From: a virus | Lineage: Duplodnaviria; Caudoviricetes | Virus record (IMG/VR): IMGVR_UViG_3300043395_001001 | Coordinates: 1-32,745 of that record | Length of the DNA: 32,745 nt | Direction: 5' to 3' (one strand) | Shown: one piece after another, positions 1 through 6,770 of the stretch | How the letters are laid out: every line of letters starts with the position of its first letter | Numbering within the stretch: the first letter of the stretch is position 1 | Notes under the pieces: model-generated | The model's database searches: none | What the model was told of the DNA's origin: nothing | Seen by the model: only the letters and a program-made list of their open reading frames with translations | Program-made: the position numbers and the translations under genes

Positions 1-215
1 CGTTCAAGGGAGGAGATGCCGCTGACGCCGAACGAGGCGTGGAGAACTTCGTGACGGAGAGTTTCCCAGAACAGCGTCTCGTCGGTGACGAGAACGGAGT
101 TGATCCGGATTTCGTTGAGGTCGTGGTCATACTCACCGTAGGCGTCGCTGGCCAGTTTCTTGTAGCGGATGCGCATGCGCACGCCACCCACAACAACGGA
201 CTTCGGGACAACCAT
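1..215 (-). CDS. Truncated small zincin-like (HEXXH) phage protein, runs off the left edge
   Basis: Not in the ORF track. Manual translation from ATG 215 gives MVVPKSVVVGGVRMRIRYKKLASDAYGEYDHDLNEIRINSVLVTDETLFWETLRHEVLHASFGVSGISSLE..., with G.Y...I.I....TLRHEVLHA as in ImmA/IrrE-like minimal metallopeptidases. Confidence 0.8.
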   Translation of the reverse strand, partial: MVVPKSVVVGGVRMRIRYKKLASDAYGEYDHDLNEIRINSVLVTDETLFWETLRHEVLHASFGVSGISSLE

Positions 216-221
216 GGGGGC

Positions 222-250
222 AGACTTACCCTATCACGGAGATCCGTCAA
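222..250 (-). promoter_or_regulatory. Sigma70-like promoter, probably leaderless, for the 1..215 gene
   Basis: TTGACG (250-245), N17, AAGTCT (227-222), 6 nt, ATG (215). Confidence 0.55.
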
Positions 251-324
251 GCACAAAAACAAACCCAGAGCCAGAAAGCGTACCAGCCCAGAAGGGAGAT
301 CAGGGACAGCAGAGTGTGCCTCAC
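247..324 (-). CDS. Putative 25-aa membrane peptide (MRHTLLSLISLLGWYAFWLWVCFCA)
   Basis: GTG start overlaps the holin stop (GTGA); almost entirely hydrophobic; fills the gap between genes. Confidence 0.4.
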   Translation of the reverse strand: MRHTLLSLISLLGWYAFWLWVCFCA

Positions 325-515
325 TTGTTCTTGGCGACGTTGATCGCGCCGATCAAAAACAACCCAAGGGCGATGATCGCGTCCGCATGAGCTGGGTTGA
401 GGTAAACCCCCGATGCGGTGATGATGGCGAGAATGCCGCGCCACGTGGACTCCTGACTGAGACGGGTGAGAGCAGAGTCGGCGAGGATGAAGAAGAAGTT
501 TTGGAGCTTGCTCAT
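321..515 (-). CDS. Putative holin (64 aa, two hydrophobic segments)
   Basis: RLSQESTWRG motif followed by two hydrophobic helices and a basic C-terminus (AKNK); lies downstream of the tail genes. Confidence 0.7.
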   Translation of the reverse strand: MSKLQNFFFILADSALTRLSQESTWRGILAIITASGVYLNPAHADAIIALGLFLIGAINVAKNK

Positions 516-526
516 GGTGGTGTTCG

Positions 527-1129
527 TTAGGGTCGTTTGAAAATCGCACCCATCTGCTCAAGGTCAACCGGACGCTCTTTCGCAGTGGGGAGGGATGGAC
601 GGTGGGTGACAAACGCGGTGCAGTCTTGGAACGTGGCGGAGTGGACCTCGCCAGCGGGGATGACCCACACGTCCCCGGTGCGATATTGCTTCCCGGTCTC
701 CAGATGCGTGACGATCCCGGAGCGGATCTCCAGCGTCTCACAGGTGAAGGCGTGGTGGTGTGGTCCAATGTGGCCGAATCCATCACAACGGAGGAACAGG
801 AGAGTCACCTCGCTGTTGTGGTCGATGACCTCCAAGGTGATATTCTCCAGAACGTGGAGCGGCTTCCGTGGAATCATGGGCACCGTCATCGACATGCCGT
901 CCCGGAAGTTCACGTCCAAGGTGTAGAACTGCTGTGGGTCGAGGTCCTCGATGGTCGAGAGCATCCTGTCCCGGATCAGCCGTTGCACGGATGCCGTCGT
1001 CGCATCGGTCAGCTCCTTCTCCTTCTGCTTGAAGAAACGGTTGAACAGCCACAGCGTCACAGCCCAGATCGGGATGGCCGCTGCGGCTACTCCAGAGAGG
1101 AACGTGCCGATTTCGCTGAGGGAGGGCAT
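527..1129 (-). CDS. Membrane-anchored cupin-domain protein
   Basis: N-terminal TM helix (FLSGVAAAAIPIWAVTLWLF); cupin motif 1 GPHHHAFTCETLEIRSG and motif 2 GDVWVIPAGEVHSA. Confidence 0.75.
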   Translation of the reverse strand: MPSLSEIGTFLSGVAAAAIPIWAVTLWLFNRFFKQKEKELTDATTASVQRLIRDRMLSTIEDLDPQQFYTLDVNFRDGMSMTVPMIPRKPLHVLENITLEVIDHNSEVTLLFLRCDGFGHIGPHHHAFTCETLEIRSGIVTHLETGKQYRTGDVWVIPAGEVHSATFQDCTAFVTHRPSLPTAKERPVDLEQMGAIFKRP

Positions 1130-1132
1130 GTG

Positions 1133-3190
1133 TTACAGGAAGGAGTTGCTGATGAGACGACGGAATGAGAACTCTCGCATGCGGGCGGTCACGTATCCAG
1201 CGGTAGCAGTGGTTCCCCAGTAGAGGGCAGGCGCGGCGTTTTCCGAACGGAGAGTTCCGGAGTTCCGCTGGAGGGCTGCGGTAAACCCTGAGCCAGACGT
1301 GGGGTTGTTCCGAATCACACCGTAGATACCTTGCGGGGTCTTGCGGATGATGAACTCCCGAAGAGCGTTCATGGTCGTGGATGCGGCAACACCCATGTCA
1401 ACGCTAGTGATCGACCCGTTGTTGATGACCTCAAAGAAGATGTTTGTGCTTGCCGAACGGTCTACACGAAAGCCGACACCGTCGAGCGGCGTGATTGAAG
1501 CGTCGTGAGAGTAGACGCCGATGCGGCAGATGGACGCGCCGGATGTGGCATTCCCGTCAAGCAGAACGAATCTCATCTCAAAGTTCTCGCTGAGTGGAAG
1601 GATCTCACGCTCAAACGAGAATCGTCCGGCGAGGTTCGCTGTGGAGCCACCAGTGGAGTACCACTCAAAGAGACTTGACCCGCTGTCAACCCGACCTGCG
1701 AAAGAGCCGCTGATGTTGGTCGAAGTCCACCCAATGGCACCGAACGGGGATGCCGTGGAGCCACGGGTGAAGAAGTCCTGCACGTTCATGATGTCCAACT
1801 GGCGGCCGTATCGAAGCGAAGTAAGTTCCGCATCTTGCAGGGTGGCCAGCGTGTTGTCGGAATACCACGCCATCGCGTAGCCCTTTGGAAGGATGAGTGG
1901 CGACGGGTTGCCGGAAATTCCTTTCCACACGATGCTGGTAGCAGAAGCGGCCCCCCAGGTCTCTCCGTTGACTTCGGCGGAGTTGATGACCGTGTTTGCG
2001 GAAGTCCCGATGTCAGCAACAAGACCTTTGAGCCCGCTTAGAATTTTGATCGTGTCGATGACCAGTCGGCCATCGGTCTTCCGGATCACGTCACTGCCGG
2101 GTGCTTCCGCATTCGCCGTGGTGATGCAGACGTTGCTATTCTTCATCTCCACCAATCGGAGCATGTCGTTCGTTCCACTGGAGGAGTTGTAGTCGCCGCC
2201 GTTGATGACGGCGTTCTTGGACCCTTGGAAACGGAACACGGTCTCGACGCCGACGGACGTGCAGGACGTGATTGTGATGCCGTCCGTGTAGCGGAGCGTT
2301 TCAATGCTGTCGATCTCAGCCATGTTCCAGCCGTAGATACCCGTGGAGGCTTGGCAGAGTTCGTAGTGGATGTCAGCGACTCGGCTTGCAGAAAAGCAGT
2401 ATTTGAATCCTGACACCCACACCTGTTCGACCTTGATGGTCTGGCCAGCGAAAAACGAAATCGTCCCGTCGTCCAAACCAAGTCGGATTCCGTGACCCGT
2501 TTCAGCGGGAGATCCGAATACGACGAAGCGACGGAGGACACAACCACCGCAGGAGGTGGCATCGTTGGAGCCCGTGGCGTCGATGACGGGTGCCGTCCTG
2601 AGAGCTGGCATGAGAATCGAGACACCGCTGTAACTGGAAACGATGGAGCTGCCGCTCGGGAGGTTGCTCTGGTTGAGGCGCGGGTTGACGCCTTCGATGA
2701 TGATTCCGGGTTTCAGCAGCACGTTGCAGAGGAATACCCCGGCAGGAATGACGACCTTCTTCGTGGTGGTCGAGGATGCCGCAGCGTCGATGGCCGCTTG
2801 GAACGCCGTGGTTGAGTTTGTCCCCCAGAACGCCGTAGCACCAGACACCGTGGTCGATGCAGAAGCCGCGAGGACAACGGTCGTTGTGTTCGTGCGAGAC
2901 GCGATGGTCGTCACCAGGTCCGCTCCAGCAGCACCCGCGCCCACAACACGGATGAACTTGCCGACATGGCTCGTCTGAAAGTTCGCCGTTGCGGAAGTAA
3001 GCGTGGTTCCACCCGAACTGATCGCAGCATCGTCCACGCGGCGACCGTCGCCGACCGCTCCGTAGTCCGTGATGAGGAGATGCGGTGCCGCCTGTGTAGC
3101 AGCACTCCCCAACCCCAGTGCGGTGCGGGCGTCGGCGGCTACGTCGGCGAGTTCGGAGGAGTCAAGTGGGAAAGGTCCGGAAATGGCCAT
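1133..3190 (-). CDS. Tailspike / receptor-binding protein with pectate-lyase-like beta-helix
   Basis: ITDYGAVGDG...TTAFQAAIDAA...VVIPAGVFL signature of Pectate_lyase_3-type phage spikes; Gly/Ser/Thr-rich beta-strand pattern; N-terminal ARTALGLGSAAT fibre motif. Confidence 0.8.
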   Translation of the reverse strand: MAISGPFPLDSSELADVAADARTALGLGSAATQAAPHLLITDYGAVGDGRRVDDAAISSGGTTLTSATANFQTSHVGKFIRVVGAGAAGADLVTTIASRTNTTTVVLAASASTTVSGATAFWGTNSTTAFQAAIDAAASSTTTKKVVIPAGVFLCNVLLKPGIIIEGVNPRLNQSNLPSGSSIVSSYSGVSILMPALRTAPVIDATGSNDATSCGGCVLRRFVVFGSPAETGHGIRLGLDDGTISFFAGQTIKVEQVWVSGFKYCFSASRVADIHYELCQASTGIYGWNMAEIDSIETLRYTDGITITSCTSVGVETVFRFQGSKNAVINGGDYNSSSGTNDMLRLVEMKNSNVCITTANAEAPGSDVIRKTDGRLVIDTIKILSGLKGLVADIGTSANTVINSAEVNGETWGAASATSIVWKGISGNPSPLILPKGYAMAWYSDNTLATLQDAELTSLRYGRQLDIMNVQDFFTRGSTASPFGAIGWTSTNISGSFAGRVDSGSSLFEWYSTGGSTANLAGRFSFEREILPLSENFEMRFVLLDGNATSGASICRIGVYSHDASITPLDGVGFRVDRSASTNIFFEVINNGSITSVDMGVAASTTMNALREFIIRKTPQGIYGVIRNNPTSGSGFTAALQRNSGTLRSENAAPALYWGTTATAGYVTARMREFSFRRLISNSFL

Positions 3191-3196
3191 GGTGGT

Positions 3197-3313
3197 TTAC
3201 AGGGTTAGGACGTTGCCGTCGAGGGTCAGGATATACCCGTCGAGCATGAGCACGACGGAGCGGCCAATGCCGCTGCTGTTGGTTACGAGGTTGATGGAGA
3301 TTCCGAGTCTCAT
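3197..3313 (-). CDS. 38-aa small tail-associated protein (MRLGISINLVTNSSGIGRSVVLMLDGYILTLDGNVLTL)
   Basis: Below the ORF-track cutoff. ATG overlaps the upstream stop (ATGA at 3313-3310) and the ORF ends 6 nt before the tailspike ATG. Confidence 0.65.
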   Translation of the reverse strand: MRLGISINLVTNSSGIGRSVVLMLDGYILTLDGNVLTL

Positions 3314-3567
3314 CGGGTGGCAGACTTGTAGGCGCAGACCGCGCCGGAGGTGAGCGTGAACGCCGAGAACTTGCCGTAGAGCACCGTTCCGGCAGGGAGG
3401 GTCAACGAGGTGATGGCGTCACCCGAGCCAATGGTGTTGGTCAGGGCCGAGAACACCGTGTTGGTGAGACACTGCAACGCGCAGAAGTCACCAGTGACGG
3501 CGGTCGTTCCGGTTTCATAGACGCATCCGGCCTCGCCGAACGACTGTTTGTCTTGTGGGGTAATCAT
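3310..3567 (-). CDS. Small beta-rich virion protein (85 aa)
   Basis: Tightly packed in the operon; TGDFCALQCL...LPAGTVLYGKFSAFTLTSGAVCAY pattern resembles small phage structural proteins found before fibre genes. Confidence 0.7.
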   Translation of the reverse strand: MITPQDKQSFGEAGCVYETGTTAVTGDFCALQCLTNTVFSALTNTIGSGDAITSLTLPAGTVLYGKFSAFTLTSGAVCAYKSATR

Positions 3568-3569
3568 GG

Positions 3570-4550
3570 TCAGTAGGTGTTGAAGAGTTGACCCGTTCCG
3601 CCGAAGCTGAGGGTCGGGACAGGGATGGCACCGCCCATCGCGGCGGCGAGTTCGTCATCGAGAATGCGGCGGCACACGCCCCAGTGGTATTCAGCGTGCT
3701 CGACGTTGGCGTTGTCCTCCGCGACCTTGCCGAGCAGGGCGTGTTTCCACGCGGAGAAGCTGCCGAGGTGGACGATGTCTGTGGACGCGCTCACCGTCTC
3801 CCATGCTCGCTTGGCGAGGATGTGGACGTAGGTGTCATCGCGGGCACCCGACACACGGAAGCGGCGGTAGCGCGGAGTATCGGTGCCTGCGTTGAGGGTG
3901 GCGACCGAGGAGGCGGCGTCGCCCGTGGCGGTGCGGAGGTCCACCTTGAACGGCAGCCCGGTGGAGAGGATGCTGTCCACCCACGAGATCGGGGTGGAGA
4001 AAGTGACAGTGGCGTTCGTGCCTCCGGCCAGAGACCCGGTCACCGGGATTCCCGCAGCGGTGTATCCGACGACCGATACGGTGCTGCCCGTAATCGCGGA
4101 GTTGGTGGCAACGGTGCCATCGGTCTTGTAGAGGTAGAGCGTGGAGATCGGATCGACCTCGGACACGTCGGCCACCTCTTGGATGGAGTAGAGTTCGCGC
4201 TTCAGGGGGAAGTAACCCAAGTCGATCAGGCCCCACCGCTCCGGCAGGGTCGTCGCGTTGCCGAGGAAGCGCAGGTCGTGGGCCATGCCACGGACGCGCT
4301 GCGGACGGTCGTTGACCGTGGCCACGAGGATCGACTCGACATCGCGGTCAAGGCTGATGTAGCCGTCCGAGCCGAGGTAGGTGCGCTCCATGAGCAAGTC
4401 GCGCCACATGCCCATCTGGTACACACGGGGACCGACCTCGTTGAGATACGACGCCAGCGAGCCGCCAGGTTCAATGAAGAACGTGGACTGGTTGCTGGCA
4501 CTCGACGTGGCGAGGGCGCTCGTGAGTTGACCAACGGTCACGGCGGGCAT
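3570..4550 (-). CDS. Putative tail adaptor / tail tubular-like protein (326 aa)
   Basis: Good codon bias; N-terminal helix pattern (LASYLNEVGPRVYQMGMW) and helical C-terminus (AEYHWGVCRRILDDEL) resemble head-tail adaptors. Function inferred from position. Confidence 0.5.
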   Translation of the reverse strand: MPAVTVGQLTSALATSSASNQSTFFIEPGGSLASYLNEVGPRVYQMGMWRDLLMERTYLGSDGYISLDRDVESILVATVNDRPQRVRGMAHDLRFLGNATTLPERWGLIDLGYFPLKRELYSIQEVADVSEVDPISTLYLYKTDGTVATNSAITGSTVSVVGYTAAGIPVTGSLAGGTNATVTFSTPISWVDSILSTGLPFKVDLRTATGDAASSVATLNAGTDTPRYRRFRVSGARDDTYVHILAKRAWETVSASTDIVHLGSFSAWKHALLGKVAEDNANVEHAEYHWGVCRRILDDELAAAMGGAIPVPTLSFGGTGQLFNTY

Positions 4551-4556
4551 GCGGCC

Positions 4557-4585
4557 AGACTACAATCCTGTGGCGGTGAATGCAA
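4557..4585 (-). promoter_or_regulatory. Sigma70-like promoter, probably leaderless
   Basis: TTGCAT (4585-4580), N17, TAGTCT (4562-4557), 6 nt, ATG (4550). Confidence 0.6.
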
Positions 4586-4589
4586 GAGC

Positions 4590-4802
4590 CTACCTGAAAG
4601 GCACGGCCTCGTTCAAGCCAACTCTGCGCTTGGCACATCCGACGCAGTTTTTCAAGTCCGTCTTGAACACCTTGTCCACCGCGACAGCGACCGGATGGGC
4701 GACCGCGTGGACCACGTCGCCGAGGCCAACGAACTTGGCGGCCGACACCCTACGGAGGGGGGATGTCGTAGCCTTCTCCGGTGGTTTGGGGTCGGTATCC
4801 AT
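4590..4802 (-). CDS. Small phage protein with GLGDxV...CxxC motif (70 aa)
   Basis: Start re-called at ATG 4802: MDTDPKPP...FVGLGDVVHAVAHPVAVAVDKVFKTDLKNCVGCAKRRVGLNEAVPFR. Overlaps the 3' end of the upstream gene by 53 nt. Confidence 0.7.
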   Translation of the reverse strand: MDTDPKPPEKATTSPLRRVSAAKFVGLGDVVHAVAHPVAVAVDKVFKTDLKNCVGCAKRRVGLNEAVPFR

Positions 4803-5877
4803 AAGGTCCACGGTAACATGCGTAGCGCAGATTGACCATCCTCGTCTCTCCCTCCTCGGTCGGCAGCGGGATCTCGTGCCACCCACCGGGGAACTCCCAC
4901 GATGGGTCGTCCTGATCGCCCGTGCCGGGTCCGGTCCACTCGTCGGTCTGGTCTGCCGCGACCACCTCGGGCGTGCTGCCGTCAGCGGGGAAGAAGACAA
5001 GGTCCCAAGTGGCGAGGAACCATGTCCCGGTGTGGGTGTTGGGGACGCGGAGCTTGAAGCGTGCCGCCGTGGCCGTGGCCTCGACGTTGACGCTGAACGG
5101 TGGGTCGTTGCACGGTTCCCAATCTCCGACCTCGGCGATGGTCGGCCAGTCCGTCACGAGTGACGATGTGCAGAACGTCCCGTCCGGTGTGGTCCACCCC
5201 GCAGGAACGTCTGCGGCGGCGTCCACCAGAAGCTCGGCCTTGGTAACCGGATCGCTGAGACTCTGCCCATAGGTCACCTCCTGCTTCTCGTAATCCCACG
5301 ACATGGACTCCGATTCAGTGAACGGGCCGGGGCAGCCTTGGAGAAACGGCTCCGTCCCCGACTGCGCGGTCCACACGTCCGCTTCCCAGATCCGTGTCTC
5401 CGTGCATTCGCTGACGGGATCGGTGGAGACGTAGTTCAGCTCGGATTCGTCCTGTGGCCCGATGAACCCAAAGAGGCCGGAAGAACCAACGGGCTCAGCC
5501 GCACAGGAGTCGGCCACTTCGTCGTGGACGTTTCCGGTGTCCGTGAAAGTGGAGGTGTTCGGCTCACCGTCGATGTTCGACAGGTTGAAGACACCAACGG
5601 ATTTGAACTCGCCAGACAGCGGGTAGGTTCCGGGACCGGAGACGTAATACCACCCAGTTCCCGAGTAGCGTGTTCCGCTGAACGCCGTCAACGTATCATA
5701 GACCTCCGGCAGGTCGTCTGTGTCCAGTCCAGCGGGGCGGACGAACGGAGCGTATCCGTTGACCGTGGCTTCACCGCTCTTGCTCTCGCACTCAATGAGC
5801 GGCAACGGGCATGATGGCATCTCGCAGCAGCATGCCAGCAGCTTGTTCCAGTCAGCCAGTGTTTCAGGAGTGGCCAT
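4750..5877 (-). CDS. Acidic Cys-containing tail-region protein (375 aa)
   Basis: Start re-called at ATG 5877, 4 nt after the upstream stop; LLACCCEMPSCP N-terminal motif; very Asp/Glu/Thr/Pro-rich. Confidence 0.7.
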   Translation of the reverse strand: MATPETLADWNKLLACCCEMPSCPLPLIECESKSGEATVNGYAPFVRPAGLDTDDLPEVYDTLTAFSGTRYSGTGWYYVSGPGTYPLSGEFKSVGVFNLSNIDGEPNTSTFTDTGNVHDEVADSCAAEPVGSSGLFGFIGPQDESELNYVSTDPVSECTETRIWEADVWTAQSGTEPFLQGCPGPFTESESMSWDYEKQEVTYGQSLSDPVTKAELLVDAAADVPAGWTTPDGTFCTSSLVTDWPTIAEVGDWEPCNDPPFSVNVEATATAARFKLRVPNTHTGTWFLATWDLVFFPADGSTPEVVAADQTDEWTGPGTGDQDDPSWEFPGGWHEIPLPTEEGETRMVNLRYACYRGPYGYRPQTTGEGYDIPPP

Positions 5878-5881
5878 GGGG

Positions 5882-6388
5882 TCAGATCCTAGCGACGACG
5901 AATGATCCAATGCAGACCGCGACGGTGAACGATCCGATGTTGTCGGGATAGAACGCCTCGTTGAAGAACGTCCCCAGAGTCAGGATGCACGTCCCGGACG
6001 GGTCGTCCGCTGTCGGCGGAGTGGACGCGGGCGGAGTGCCAATCGTCGGTGTGATGCTGCTGATCTCAAAGCCGGGGAGCAGCACGCCATCTTCGACCAC
6101 GCCCGTCCCGACGACGGACAGATAGAGCTGCTGATCGTTGGTGCCCTGCCAGGTGCCGTCGGGCGACGGGGTGGAGTCGAACACCTTCAGGTCGCTTGTG
6201 TCCACGCCCACGCCGTTGACCGATCCGCCTTGGAGGAACTTGTCGCCGAACTCGTCTTCGATGATCGTGTAAAACGCGCCCGAGCTTGCCCCCGACAACG
6301 GCTTCAACTCCCGAGCCTCAATGACAATGTCAAAGGGCCTCGGGGTAATGATCGGATACTTCGGAAGCGTCGGGTCAGGTATCATCAT
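5882..6388 (-). CDS. Hypothetical tail-region protein (168 aa)
   Basis: Tightly packed in the minus-strand operon; beta-rich acidic composition. Confidence 0.7.
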   Translation of the reverse strand: MMIPDPTLPKYPIITPRPFDIVIEARELKPLSGASSGAFYTIIEDEFGDKFLQGGSVNGVGVDTSDLKVFDSTPSPDGTWQGTNDQQLYLSVVGTGVVEDGVLLPGFEISSITPTIGTPPASTPPTADDPSGTCILTLGTFFNEAFYPDNIGSFTVAVCIGSFVVARI

Positions 6389-6398
6389 TCGCTCGGTA

Positions 6399-6767
6399 TC
6401 ATTCGCTGGCTACCTCTTCCCCAGTGGTCGTGGTGAAGAACTGGTTGACGAAGTTGCGCGTCACCACGTCCGAAGAGTCGTTGATGGACGATGTCCTCGC
6501 GCACACCCACTTGGTCGGGGCGGTGCTGAGAGCCTGCTGCGCGACGTAGGACGCATAGACGGCGTCCTCAATGGCGAACATGATCTTGCGGAAGTCGCCC
6601 GTGCTCGGGTTGGCCTCTGTCCCGGTAAGCTCCGGAAGCGAGGACATCGGTATGCAGAGGTATTGCGTCGCGTTGGCGAACGAGCCAGTTGACGCCGCAC
6701 CCGACCCGTCACTGGTGACGAGCTTGAGTCCGGCGAGGTAGGAGGTGGGGGTGGTAGTTGCGGGCAT
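6399..6767 (-). CDS. Hypothetical virion protein (122 aa)
   Basis: Operon packing (3 nt after the upstream stop); strong GC3 bias. Confidence 0.75.
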   Translation of the reverse strand: MPATTTPTSYLAGLKLVTSDGSGAASTGSFANATQYLCIPMSSLPELTGTEANPSTGDFRKIMFAIEDAVYASYVAQQALSTAPTKWVCARTSSINDSSDVVTRNFVNQFFTTTTGEEVASE

Positions 6768-6770
6768 GGC

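Noticed and set aside
1133-3190. Diversity-generating retroelement acting on the tailspike
   Set aside because: No reverse transcriptase and no adenine-mismatched TR/VR pair seen in the window.
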